Shown here: positions 1 to 12,905 of the stretch, one piece after another
How positions within the stretch are numbered: position 1 is the first letter of the stretch
Layout: each line of letters starts with the position of its first letter
Assembly (NCBI GenBank): GCA_000708835.1
Contig: DF237375.1
Location: forward strand, 1 to 64,000
Length of the DNA stretch: 64,000 nucleotides
Direction: 5' to 3'
Source: Klebsormidium nitens
Taxonomy: Eukaryota; Plantae; Klebsormidiophyceae
Made by a program: the position numbers and the translations under genes
Notes under the pieces: generated by a model
What the model was told of the DNA's origin: nothing
What the model saw: only the letters and a program-made list of their open reading frames with translations
Databases searched by the model: none

Positions 1-3000
1 AAGGAGACTGCCTGAGCCCTACCCTTTTCTGCCTAGTGATAAATATGTACAACAAATGGGCCAATAATCAAACATTGGGATACAAAATGAGTGCTCCGGC
101 CAATTCTTCCTTACAATCGTTAAGGATAGCGACAAACTCGTACATGGATGATATGGCTATGTTTGGAGAAACATTTGATGACGTTCAGACGCTACTAGCT
201 TTATTCGAGCGCTTTCTGTCATACTACGGTATGTCGCTCAATAGTTCCAAGTGTGCGTATCAGTTTCAGGAACCAGATGGCATATTCTTACCACGACAAC
301 CACAAACTAAATGGGGAAAGATCCCAATCTACGGCCCGAAACAAAGCTACAAATATCTTGGTTACTTTATCAACATCAATCTTGACTTTGCCACTCAGCA
401 TAAAGAAATGACCAAGCGATTGAACAAAGCATGTGCCAATCTTTTCAGTGAGCACAGGATAAATGTTCAGGAAGCTGTCACGTACGTAAAGTCGGACCTT
501 GCCTCTGTGTTACGCTATCGCATGTACCTTATTGCGTTTCCTCAATCAAACCTCGAAACATTTGACGCACGACTTGCATCCGCCGTTAAACGCCTCGCGC
601 AACTTGCTCACTCCACACCCACAGACATGCTCATAGATCAAGGCCTAATAAACGTGTATCAAATGCAAGGTACCATTCGCACAGAATTCCTAACTGGTGC
701 TCTTGAGTCTGCAGACGAGCAATGTCGTTTGAGCTCACGAATCATGCATTCACGCTTATCATTAAAATTGGCGTCAAAAGAATTTGGCGGAGTCTCCCCT
801 CTGTCAAAAGTTGGGTTGTCCATACAGTCGAGCTCGGACGACGAGCTGAGATTAATAGATAAACTTATGCCGCCGCTTTTCCGCGGAATCCGCCGACATT
901 TAATCAGATCTAATACCTCTATCTCTACATCCTTCAACTACAAAGTACAATATGATAGTCGCGAAATTGATAGAACTCTTGTCCCACTTGCTTTCAATGC
1001 CTTGCTAAATCATGGAAAACACTCGCTTAGAAATTGCACTTTCGACCGCGCGAATGTGCTTTTTGATAGCCTAACAACTTGTCCATACATGTCCCTTGAT
1101 GAGATCTCCCCTCTGTTTATTACAAGATTTGATGGCTTGGAAACCTGGGAGACGATGAAAGGTTTAAGCTACTCAAATCCCCAAAACATGCTCGAAATAT
1201 CCGGGTATAAAGCAATATTTGAGCCTATCCCATTCCTTACAAAACCACATGATGCCTTGCCTCTTTCAAAGCTGTACACTTCTCTACTTGCTGAACTTGT
1301 CGCTCAATTTGTATTCCACTTACTTCAACAACATCAGCGCGATCCAGACTATACCATTGAAACGAAAAAATATGGGGCATATTTGCAAAGCACACCGTGT
1401 CTGCGTCCATTGCTGTGGTAGATGGAAGCTGCTCGGATAAGGCTATCTCACCAGTATCCGCGGGATTCTCGGTCGTCTTTCCCAACTCGGGCTTAAAACA
1501 AGGTTTTGCAGCAGCAGTACGTTGAGAAGATGCTTATTTTTATAAGGGCAGAATCCCGGGTGCTCAAACCATTGAGCGTGCCGAGGGCTTTGCAATTCTC
1601 GGCGCACTATTACTCGCTGATGTTAACTGTCCCTTAACAATCTACACCGATTGTCAAAAACTAGTCACTGATATTCGGCAATTCCAACATCGCCTGGGCC
1701 TAGAATTCATGAGATTGCAAAATTGTCAAACCGATCAATTTTGCTGCGTATACTTCATGAAATTCAAACACGCAAGGATACAACCCGAGTAGTATATTTG
1801 CAAAACCATGTTAAGAAAGGAAGTCACGGTGCACAGAGCGGCATATCAAAGTTTGTCCAGATTACACAAATTCAGCCAGCTGGCCGATTATGAAGCAAGT
1901 CTTACTCTGTCTCTTCCTCGACCCTCCATACCAGATGAAAGGATGTTCCATTCAAACACTGTTTTAAACAAACATAGTCACTCGTCACCTGATACGCCTC
2001 CGTTATCGGAAAAAAACAGCCTGTGGAAAATGTATAACAAGCTTTTTCAGGATTCATGCCAACATTACAAATATAAAGGAAAATGGCATTTATATATGCT
2101 CTCTCCGAGTATCTGGTGGCAAGAGGCATCCTTTTCAACTCTTCATCAAAAGCGCGGTAAAGAATCATTGAAACGATTTATCATTCAAATTCTTGGTAGA
2201 ACGCTCCCAACAAATCATCGAATGAATCTCACACGCTCGCGATTATATCCCAATCGTCAATGTCAATTTTGTCAGGCAGACGATGAAAACATCGAGCACA
2301 TATTTTTTCAATGTCCACATTTTGCGGCGTCTCATATAGCAATCCAAGATGAAACAATTGCAAATGTACAAACAATCCTGAGTCAACTCAAAAAATCTGC
2401 ATTTTCGGCTGGCCATACGTTTCCAACTAAACAAACAGTGACGGAACAGGTCTCCAGCTTATTGTTCCCCGTCCATGTTGATCCAGAGGATTACCGATTA
2501 TTCAGCGCTGCCCAGATTCCAATACAGTTTTGCACTTGGCTCAGTAGTTTCCTCCATGACAAGAAATGCATTCTTAAAATAGGCTGTAGTATCCACGAGC
2601 ACTTAGCATACTCATATCAAAAGTTATGGCAACTTCGCTGTTCAAAAATGGCAATTGGAAAAGTCGACTTTCGAGCAAGACTTTCAACTTTTGCACGCCC
2701 GGTGCCTCTTCACGAGCTAAATGACGATGATTTTGCGGCTAATCTAAATAACCTTAACAATGTAGCTTTAAAAAATCCACTTAAAGTTGGAAAGAAAAGG
2801 AGAAAGAAAACGACGATCCGCGCTCAAATGCAGTTCAACTCCGCTGCAAATATGAAGCCTTCGACACCTTGTAAACCTGTCTTTCCAGTTACTTCTATTG
2901 ATCAAAAGCGCAAACGACAAACTTCAAATTCTCAACAAAATGATTTACAATCATCGTTTTTGCCACGGGGTCCAAAAATGTTGCGCCTTCAAAAAAGTTT

Positions 3001-3796
3001 GTCAACTTTCCAACAACTGCAACAAACTTCCTTTTTACCTTTGAACAACATTTTCAATGAGACCTTTACGCGGCTTAGCATCGAACCTGACGGCAATTGC
3101 CTCTTTCGATCAATATGCGTTGCGCAGGGTTTGCCAGGACTACAACATATGTCTTTGCGACAAAGATGTGTCCGTCAAATAGCGTTATCCTAGGACAGAT
3201 ATTCGATCCACGCAAATTTTTGTCATAAACCCGACCAGCCAGACGCTCTCTCATTGGACGCCAACATTGTTGAATTATTTTCAAACGCTCAAATGTATTG
3301 CAACTACATGAGTCAAAACGGCAAATGGGGTACCCAGCTTGAAATAAACGTGCTAGCTCAAATACTGCAACTACCAATTTTGATTTGGAAATTGGAAACA
3401 AGGAAACCAATGGATATTATTAATTATGATCCGCAAACCAACAAATCCGCAAATATGATCCATATTATTCACTGCAATGGAAACCATTATGAGGCCCTCA
3501 TTTACTCCGGTGGTCGTACAACTAATGAACGATTAACGCGAGAACTTGCTCAGCAACAAGTCAATGATCGCTCCTTGATCCAAATTCCAAGTCACGACGA
3601 GCTCCCACAACAATCGAACTCGCAAACCAAAAGGAACAAACGCGTCCACAACTCAAAAGTTTCCAATGACCAACAACCAAAGAGGTTTCGTCTGTCTATA
3701 ATGGACAGCATAACTGCCAAGAGAATCAGAGCTTTTCCGGGACTAGAACGATCAATGGTCCATCAGAAAAGAACTCAGAATGACTTTACTGGATGA
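1..3796 (+). mobile_element. Decayed non-LTR retrotransposon (LINE) ORF2: reverse transcriptase, RNase H, CCHC zinc finger, OTU cysteine protease; 5' part lies outside the window
   Basis: ORF 36-1421 has RT motifs SYMDDM, LNSSKC, YKYLGY. Frame-shifted RNase H from 1412: AVVDGSCS, QTIERAEGFAIL, IYTDCQ, LADYEA, with in-frame TGA at 1523. ORF 1808-3193 has CQFCQADDENIEHIFFQC and the LWQLR C-terminal motif. OTU motifs EPDGNCLFRS (Cys 3098), WGTQLE and NHYEAL (His 3485) are split by one in-frame TAG at 3191. Intronless and visibly more AT-rich than the flanking genes. Confidence 0.9.
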
Positions 3797-5095
3797 TGAA
3801 GACTTTCGCATTCTCAAACGTCTTGCCCGAGATGGCTGCAATACCTTGACCAGGAGACCGCAGAAACGACGTAAGGTAACATGAGGCGGAGAGGAGGCTC
3901 AAGTAGCCTCCCGAGCCTCTGACTTTTTCTATTTCTTTTGCGCATCTATATTCTTGACACTTGAGTATGATGTTTCGACGTCGGAAAGAGTGGAAGGATA
4001 TAGCGCTCGAATATGTGTGTCAAAAAAAAAAATGCATTTTATGCATGGCGAAGTGTCGCGAAGAACAAGCCAGACATTGCATCTGCATCGTCCGATAGAA
4101 GCCACTTCTTGAAATCGGCCGGTGATGCTTAGCCTAAGCGTCTTGCAGAGAATGTGACGACTATCATTCACTCTGGAACTGCCAAGTCATCATGTCCTAC
4201 CCCCACTTCCAAAATTTCGAACTCAAAAGAACGAAGTCGAGGCGAGAACAAAGTGTGAAAAAACTCCTTGAAAGGCCAATGAGCGGCAAGCTTTTACTGG
4301 GTAGCGCCGTTTCCCGGTACGGTACCTGGACCATTGGGTGCCGGTGTTTGGAACGGGACGGCATATGTACCGGCTCTTGCTTGTTTACACAGGCTCGGAA
4401 CCGCCTTCGCGTCATCCATCATCATCATGGCCGAACGCAGGCTCTTCCTTGAACTTGAAGTTCTGCAAGGTTGTCTCCTCCTTCGCTTGCTTGGCGGAGT
4501 TGCGCATGCTGAGAGACCAGTAATCCAAGGGTCTGACGGGTGGGGCACACACCAGGCTATCGGAGGCAACACTTTCTGATCCTCAGACTTCTGATGGCTC
4601 CAAGCGAGCAACCCCTGTGTCTGCCCTGCTCAATGACGAGCCGATGGCACGGTCTTTCAGCCCCACTCGAAGAAGACTGCCCGGGAAAGGCTGACGCAGT
4701 TTGCTGCAGGCCCACCGCTGAGCTAAGCGAGGGTGGCGCCGAGGGCAACAGGCAAGCCCGCCGTACTGTCTCCGATGATGGATTGCATCGTTTATGCCCT
4801 ATTTATCCAGATTCTGTTTTTTAGTTGTGAAGTGGGGTAGTCAGCGGGAGGGTGGGCTCGGGATTTGATAAAGGTCCTTGGGCAGGGAGTGCTCTTGCTG
4901 TCACCTTTGTGGCATCCGTTTTGGTCCTCAGAAAGCGCTGCGAGATTGGAGTTGGTTTGCAATCGTTCTATATTCGAATGGAGACCTGCTTGTTTGTCGA
5001 CTATCCTGTTCAATCTTTGTCTTACTCCTCAATATGAGTCTGTCTCTGATATTTTAAGCCCCTGTAAAACGAGTCTTCTTCCTGCTTCATCTTAA

Positions 5096-6563
5096 ATGCA
5101 CTCTCGTGTTTGCAGTTCTCCCCCGCTTAACCACCTTCCGTGCTCTTCGGACCCGCTCGATCAGCAACGTCAGTCCCCAGAAACCCCCTGGAAGGACAGC
5201 CAAACCCCTCAATCCGACTCCGCCCTCCTCCCTGGAGACCTCGGCCTCGACGCCGACCTCTGGCGCGAGATCTTCTCGCACCTCCCTCTGGATGCCCTCC
5301 CCGCAGCGGCGGGAGTGTGCAAAGTCTGGAGCGGAGTCATAAGCGACCCCCAAGTTTGGGCCGCGTCGTTTGTGCACCGCTGGAAGTTGAGGAAAGTGCA
5401 CGGAGAACCGGTGTCCCGGGCGTTTTGGCGAGGGGGGCTCGGGCAGTTTGTGGTGGCGCACAGGCTGGAGCCGCAGGATTCGGTGGTGTCGCTGGCGATC
5501 AAGTTTGGGGTTGAGGTGAGGAATGTGGGGAGAGAATGTAAAAGGACGATGTATTGCACTGCAGGATGGGTGAGAGAATAGGAACATTTGGAAGGAAAAT
5601 GATCGTGTTGTTTCCTACATGGGCTCACGAGTTGGCTTCCAACGTGGGCTCTGTCACGAGAATGAGCGGAGTGCAGGCTTGTTGTCCCAGGAGACTCCAC
5701 TGCTCGACCCGCAGCTAGTTGTATCACAGGTCTTGGGATGAAGATGCGCCAAACAGTGCGAGTTGACCAGACGGATGAAAACGGGGAGGACCTAAACTAA
5801 TTGCGGGAAGAAAAAGTGAGAAATCCCCGGAGAGGCTACTTTTCAAGGCTAGTGACAGTGTAGATGGGGAACATTCTCTCGTTGCTATTGCCATCTCTTG
5901 AGACCCCTTTTGCTTTTCAAATAGCATTTCGTTTGGTTGCACTGAATGGTGACCCCGTCTGCAGCCTCTCTTTCAGTGCAGGTTCGCAAGCAACCCGGGC
6001 CGCAATGAAGTGATATTCTGTCAAAAGTGAACGCACATTTGACCAATATCGAGGTTTGCGAGGTGTTTGTCTTGCGTCCCCTCGTTGCTATTCTTGATTG
6101 AAAGGGAGGACTCATTCTATCAGGTGGCTTTCTTTTTCAGGTGACTGCTGTGAAGCGACAGAACAACATCATCAGCGAGCATTCAATTCACGTTCGGGAA
6201 CGGCTGCTCATCCCGGTCCCTGACGCCAAGTTCCTCGAGGGGAAGGACTGCTTTGTCGAGACCGACAACTACTCCCGTCGCGAAGTCGCCGTTCTCTACG
6301 TAAGGGGATCCCCCCGGGGCCAAGAGTCGTTGCAAACCGAGGCAGCCGAGGGGGGCAAAAACGCTGGGGCACTGGCTCGGTCGAAAGAGCGGTTCCGAGA
6401 GAAGATGGTGCAAACGCTGAGGAAAGGGATCAAAGTCGACGATGCGACTGCCAGATACTACCTGGCGCAGAGCGGGTGGGATCTGAGGGGGGCATATGCC
6501 GCGTTCCAGGTGGATACGGCCTGGGAGAGTCAGCGGCAGCCGCGGTGGCTGGGGCGGTCGTGA
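5096..6563 (+). CDS. F-box + LysM domain protein with C-terminal UBA-like helix bundle (At1g55000-like family)
   Basis: Exons 5096-5515 and 6141-6563, joined in phase 0 by a GT-AG intron. F-box DLWREIFSHLPLDALPAAAGVCKVW; LysM split by the intron HRLEPQDSVVSLAIKFGVE|VTAVKRQNNI...LLIP; UBA-like DDATARYYLAQSGWDLRGA. Confidence 0.88.
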
Positions 6564-7816
6564 TAGGTTGGTTGAACAATTGCGTAAACCAGAAGGCTCG
6601 GTTCGCGAGAACGGGTTGTCCAAGGTGTTGGGGGCCTACATTGAGAAGCGGCCCATAAACCTGTTGAGGGCTTTGATGAGATTGAAACCCTGCTTTCGAG
6701 CAGGTATAGGACGAGAAATCACCCCTCGGCCGCGCAAGTGTACATGTTCGCATCGTTAAATAGCTGGTCTGCTGTGCAGTAACTCTAGACTGGGTGCTTT
6801 AATTGTTCATAGCGTAGACCAAGCCCCGCTGACAGCCGTGTACAGTCTCCTGCAACTATCGGCGACACTGCGCCTGTACACTACGATAGGGCTCACCGTG
6901 ACAGCAACGTACAAGTTGTACACTACAAAGCAGGAAGGGCAGGTTGGACTACACGATTGCGTGCATAGCTCTCGAAATAGGATATCAGCCTGGCATGGAT
7001 TATCAAGCTACAGTAGTATGCAGCTTGTCTCGAGTTGCTTTTGTTTGACGGGTTTGCGTGGGATTAGCGCTTTGGTGAAGTTACCTTGTAGGGTTAATAA
7101 GCACACGTGCAGACTCGGGTTAGGCAATCTAAACCATGCACCCCGACTCTCAAGTTCATCATTACACAAAACACCAAGTATAACGATATATGTATCGTAC
7201 TGATCATGTTGAGGGCCGTATAAGTATACTGGCCTAGCTGCATGCAACAGATTCTTTCTGGGCCCCGCGTTGCTCATGCAAATTCTGCCTGTAGTAAAAG
7301 TCTCCGCACTTACTTGATGGATACCATCTTCCAGAATCTGGCACGGCCGGCCTGCTGTGCCCAGCCGCCTCTGTTCACCATAAGTTTGCAATCATTGCAG
7401 CGGTGAACTTAATAAACGGCTAGCTGGCACATGTGAATCAATATACCAATTGCGCAATGATCGTGCGGGAGCGCCTATAGGCCGGTCTGTAGGGCTAATC
7501 ACGTTGACTTGATATGTTGATAGGATTCTGAGCGCAATTACGGCCACCAGCTCCAACGTGTAGACTGTGTGATGTGTGTGTCACGAAGGCACGGATGGAA
7601 AAAGACTGCATGGCAGGCGGCAATCAAATCAACCAGTGAAAACCGTGTGGATCACACCTGCATTTGGCTCAAGGTACTGATACGGACAAAGCACGCAAAG
7701 TATTCCGACGATGCAGCACAGATCGCATGGTATGCCGTCAATATCAACTTCAATGCTCATGACAGGAATCGATCAAAACTCCAACTCGGTCACTATCTCT
7801 TCAGCCGCAACTTGAC

Positions 7817-10449
7817 CTAGACTTTCAGGCGCACCAGGTGCGATCGCGGCACCTGAATGTATTTCTCAACCTTCTCAACTTTCACATACGCTTGTCTACA
7901 ACCTGGACACCTCCCGTCATCCAAAGCAATCCTGTGGTGGCAGAACAAGCACAACCGGAACCCGCACGGGCACGGCACAAACGAAGTATCCGTCAAATCG
8001 AGCTCCTCTGTACAAATCGGACACGTCGCGGGCGCCGCGGACGACCCCCACATCGTCCTGCTTATTGTTGCCTCCCACATGGACCCCGTGTGATTGTGCG
8101 GCACTACTGGAAAGCTGTTGAACTTCTCGAGGCGCGGGAGTGTGCCGGGGCGGTGCGAGTCATCTTGCCGCCACGCGCCCCCGGCCCCCGCCCTATGGTG
8201 ATGCCGCGCGCACGCGTCTGGGACCTCGGGCGCTAACCTCCGGGTCAGGTATCCGTTTTGCGTGCGCGGGGACGCCCCCTCGCTCGCCGTGGAAACCCCG
8301 CTTTCGTCCCCCGCAAGGTGACTGTGCGACCCGTTCTCGCTCGCTACCCCAGTTTCCGAACCCGACTCAGGGACCACAACCCCAAGCGCCTCCGCCGCCG
8401 CTTCCCAGTCGTCAGCATCCCCCCCACCCTCGTTACTCTCGGGCCCCTCTTGCGGCCGCACACCCTTCTTCATTTTCGCCTTCTGAGCCTTCTGCTGCGG
8501 CGCTTGACTAGTCGCAGCATCCTTCGGCGCAGCCTCCTCATCGTGCAACGACCGGAGGGCGGGCTGCGTTTGCCATCGCCGCAAAACCGGCTTTTCCCCC
8601 CCATGATGATACCCGTTGCTGCTGTCTTTACTGTGCCCGTTGCTATCCGACCCTGAACCGTTACTATGCCCCTTTGACTCCGTACAAAACGAAACAGCTT
8701 TCGAGGCAGTCCCATTCCCACTTGTATTGCTCGGCGTAGTGCTTTCCGCAGGAAAGCTCTCGTCTATGGTCGTTTCCCCCGCGCAAGGGTGAGAGACATC
8801 GCCGTTGCTGGACACTTGACTAGGAGGACTCTTTCTCCCTGAGACTGTGCCCAAAAATAGAAGGCCTAGTCAGAAGCTGCTGCATTCGACATTGTTGCGT
8901 CCAGATGAAAAGAAAGAGCAACAACCAACGTGTAATGAACCAAAATCCCAAGTTGTCTCTTTTTCCTCCTTTAGAGAAAAGTACCAGCGCAAGAGCTTCT
9001 GCAAATTATTGCTGAGTGAATGACTGCAGACCAGCAGCCTGGAAGAATACTAAATGTTTCGTTTTCAATCGCTTAGTACAAGGAAGGTTCCAACCTTTAG
9101 TTGATCAGAAATCCCGGGGCCTCAGAGATGGAAGGCTAACGTTTCAAGTGCCACGTCACTTCTTGCAACCCACAAAATAAAACCGGAAGTGCAACAACAT
9201 AAGACCAAACTGTCATTCACAAATTAGCCTGACATCAAATCGAGAAATTCTCGCAGTGTTTCACTTGTGCACAATCCCCTCAATCAAAGATTCTGCCACC
9301 GGCGCACAAAACCCTTGCTATTCCCTGTCCCAAAAGGACATCTCCACTGTCTACAAGGGCTTTCAAAATGTCGATCAAGCAAGAAACCACTGACCTTGTG
9401 AAAGCCACTGCTCCCTTCGTGCATCCAGTTTGCTCTGCTTCAGTTTAGCCATCTTACTGGCCTGCACACAACGCGCCATAGAACAATCACGCCAAATCAA
9501 ATACTAGACTCTGGAACTGCCACGTAATTTGAGCTGTTTGAAAAACCGGGGCAAAAACCGGCCCATGTAGCAGCGCATGAAACTAGGACTATTTCTGTCC
9601 CACTCAAAAAAGCAGCTTCTGTGACAGTCGCGAACCCTTTTATTACCCTTGGCCTGCTTCTCCTAGCAGTTTTGGCTGCAGCGCGGATGGTGGTAGAGTT
9701 GTCTGACATGTGGTCTAGAGCGAATCGGCTGATAACTATATTCAATGCCAGAAGGAGAAACCCTAAATGGAAATGGAAACTTGAACTTGCCAGAAAACCT
9801 GCATAACTTCCGGGCATGAGCTCCAACAGATGTCCACTCAAGATCTGCGTCAAAGAGTTTGACCTGACTGAAGACGAGCTGCAGGTGTTTCACCTGCTGT
9901 GTTCTGAGCTGTCTAAACACCATCTTCATCTAAGTTTTAAGTTCCAAACTGAAGAGCATAAGAAAGATAAGCTTCCTTCAACTTGTAATTCAAAACCACA
10001 GCTGAAAAGACAAAGAAGTTGAAAGTTCAGGCCAATTCGCAAGCGCCATTACCAATGAGTATCTTCAAGATACTCATTTGAAGGCCCAAGGACTCGGATA
10101 CCTTGCCCTAAACCACCACTAAACCCCTGATACCAGTTTTGAAGGACCGCCAAGAGGCTACTTTAAGCTTTCCTTTAGCTTCTACACTCTAGTTTTTATG
10201 TATTCTGGGAGCACCAAAAGGGCTTCAAGCCCAAACCCCGGGCTGAATGTCGAGCACACTGCTTAAAAGCCCCCTTACCTTCTTCCTCTTCGGACTCTCC
10301 TTGACCCCCACTTTCAGATGGTTTGCTTGTGCATCCACCGCAGAGACAAGAGCATGGTTCCCATTTGCTTTGCCATTGCTCCCTGCATGCTGCAGATCTG
10401 ATGGACTGGGAGGTTCCTGGCCCCCCTCTGGAAGGATAAACCCTGCCAT
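7817..10449 (-). CDS. RING-type E3 ligase with C-terminal NOT4-like C4C4 RING (plant At3g48070/At5g62910-like family)
   Basis: Exons 10449-10279, 9461-9395 (ASKMAKLKQSKLDARREQWLSQ, the family's N-terminal motif) and ~8838-7817, phases compatible. RING CPICTEELDLTDTSFVPCPCGFRLCLFCHHRIALDDGRCPGCRQAY. Confidence 0.85.
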
Positions 10450-11049
10450 CTTTGCAGGCTACATTGATGCCCAGCGCGTTTGCTTTACAGCAAACCTTGC
10501 GCTCCCGTCTGCTTTCACAACGTTCAAAGAACCGTCTTTCCAGCGGCGCCTCCGAAACCCTCTCCTCTCAAAACTCTCTTCCAGATTCCTGCCCGCTTAA
10601 CAGCCAAACCCTTAGAGAGAGCTTACAAAATCCACGTCCACACCTGAGAGAGAGTCACACAACAAGAGAAAGCGCCACAAAGCTACGAAGATCCAATGAG
10701 CCTTGTGCTGCGAAAAAGATTTGTCTTCCCAAGCAAGGCGTTTCAGAAGCTTCGAAAGCGTGGCCCCATCATCGAGCTCCTTGCACCGTGGATATCTTTC
10801 AAGACCGTATCGAGCGGTTCAGCTTAGCTGGTAATGTTCGAGTCGGGGCGTATCTTCGACCGTCGATGCTGACCTTCTTTTCGCCTCACTGGTTGGCCAC
10901 GTCAACTCGGTAGTCCCTCATCCGACGGCTCCAATTGCAGGTGGACCTTCGTCATCGGACGGTCGTGACTCGCTCTAGTCCAGGGTATCGCGTAGTTCTT
11001 CCGACCAGGAAGCTGAAACGTCGCGCTTTACGATGCGACGACCGCCTGC

Positions 11050-11585
11050 GGTAGACCCTACGAACCCACAACCTTCAAATTTACCCGGGCGCGATCGCCG
11101 CGGTCGCGTAAGTTTCACTCGGTAAATTTTTGCTGCACCGTAGACTGGCGACACTTAAGCAGAATTCCGGCAGATTGTCTTCGAATCCAGTCTGCGTTTC
11201 AGACCTGCAAGAAGTGCCCTGTCCCCCGGTCGAGCGGGTCAGACCATAGCAGGCCTATGTTTGGCGGCAAGTCCGCCCGGTGGGTGCATTGGACCTGGGG
11301 GTCGACGGAGAACTCCTCTAGGCTTCAGAAGTCCCCGGTAGATACCTTAGCTTGTGAACCTTACCGGGCGGACTTGCGGCCAAAAACAGGCCTGCTATGG
11401 TCTGACTGGCCTACCCGGGGGACCAGGGCATCCCTTACAGGTCTGAAACGCAGACTGGATTCCAGGACAAAGTGCCGAAATTCTGCTAAGTGTCGCCAGT
11501 TTATAGTGCGACAAAATTTCACTGAGTGTATTCGCGCGGCTCTGCCCGGGTCAATTTTGAAGGTTGTGGGTTCGTAGGGTCTACC
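11050..11585. mobile_element. Non-autonomous foldback element / MITE with ~230-bp imperfect inverted arms
   Basis: GGTAGACCCTACGAACCCACAACCTTCAAA at 11050 is the reverse complement of the end at 11585. Complementarity continues inward to GCAAGTCCGCCCGGT (~11281 vs ~11363), leaving an ~80-bp spacer. No coding capacity. Confidence 0.82.
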
Positions 11586-12905
11586 ACAACGTGCAGAGTC
11601 CAGACCCTCAATTTCCGATGATAAAGTTTTTGAGCTGTGAAGGAGCCTTTGCGGTGATCGACACGAAGTAGGTACACCTGTGCACCACCTGTGGGTGTAG
11701 ATTTGTTTTCAAATACCGGTATATGAGTCAGCTTGTACTGCAGATTTGCACTGGCACGTGAAACCATAAACTTTGGTCCCATCTACAACACTCTTCTACA
11801 GATCCTCATGAAGCAAAACTGGTACAATGGCAAACTTGTACGTAGAGATCTGCTAGGAGGTTTTGGGACCGGTTTCCCAATTGGCAATCTGTTTGAACGT
11901 GCCACAGCCCACCGGCTCACCGGCATTCCAATGGGATTCCAATCGGTCAAAGAAGTGCAGTCACAAACTCGTTATATCTTGTCAGTGCAAGCGAATAAGC
12001 TACTCAATCTCACCTCAATCTGGTATGATAAGAAACGGCCGCCTGCTGAAGCCGCCGGTCTTCCTGACGTTTCTGAGAAACGTTTTATGGTTTTATGGTT
12101 GCGTGTCATCTTGGCCGTCGTGCGTCACCATTTCGTCCGAGGTCCTGGATGCTAGACGTCGACTACCGTTCTATAGAGAATTGAAGAACATGAGCATGTC
12201 ATTTCAGTTTCCGACACTAACGACAAAATCGACACTTAAAACCTTTGATAATCCACCTGAGATCGAAGAGGCTTACGTTTGTAACCGCGCATATGTTGCA
12301 TACTGTCAGTTCAATCATAGGCGTCAGCTTCACTGCTTCTGGTGCACGTTGACTTGGTCGAACACTTATCCCCATTGCTCCTTGAAGAGGCTGTACGCTT
12401 TTCCGACGAATTGAGTCAAAAAGATTACTGGGTCGTCTTTCAAGGCTCCCAAGAAACTTTGAAACAGTATTGGTAGTCCCTCGACGGGGTCAGATTCAAG
12501 TTTGCATCATTGGGATCCAACTTCAGAGAATCAAACCTTTGTCCGTTGCAGTTCTGCATGTTTCGATGGAAAGAGTTAGCCCCGTCTTGAATTGCAAGAA
12601 AATCTCGGTAGGGTCACCTTTGAGAATCGACCGTTACACGCTGAGAAGTGAGGGGTGCACGTCTGCAGACACAATCAAACTTGAGGTCGCAAGACCACAC
12701 CTCTTAAGGTTCAAACCCAAACCGGGGGCGCTTCCACCGTTTCCTTCATGCGTCCTTATCTTTTAGAGAAGCGCCCATCAATGGCAAATGAGTACGTTCC
12801 TTTGATGTTCTTTTTGGGAAGGGCCCTTCAATAAGATGGGCTCCAGCAAGAGGGATGTCATAGGGGACTAAAGTTTGGGGTTTAGGGAGCGAACGGTTCA
12901 GAAAC

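Noticed and set aside
2230-2700. Restriction-like endonuclease after the LINE CCHC finger (R2/Dualen type)
   Set aside because: No RH(N/D) or PD-(D/E)xK motif visible; the region ends in an L1-like LWQLR motif.
4022-4032. A11 run as the LINE poly(A) tail
   Set aside because: Short, AT-rich sequence continues beyond it, and the 5' end needed to find a TSD is outside the window.
4190-4830. GC-rich segment with several overlapping ORFs
   Set aside because: No recognisable domain and no consistent exon chain on either strand.
9497-9929. Short hydrophobic ORFs (9621-9806 + and others)
   Set aside because: Lie within a RING-gene intron, with no splice or homology support.
11586-12800. Possible small multi-exon gene on the - strand (e.g. 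VVHRCTYFVSITAKAPSQLKNFIIGN*)
   Set aside because: Exon-like pieces exist but I could not build a phase-consistent model or name a family.
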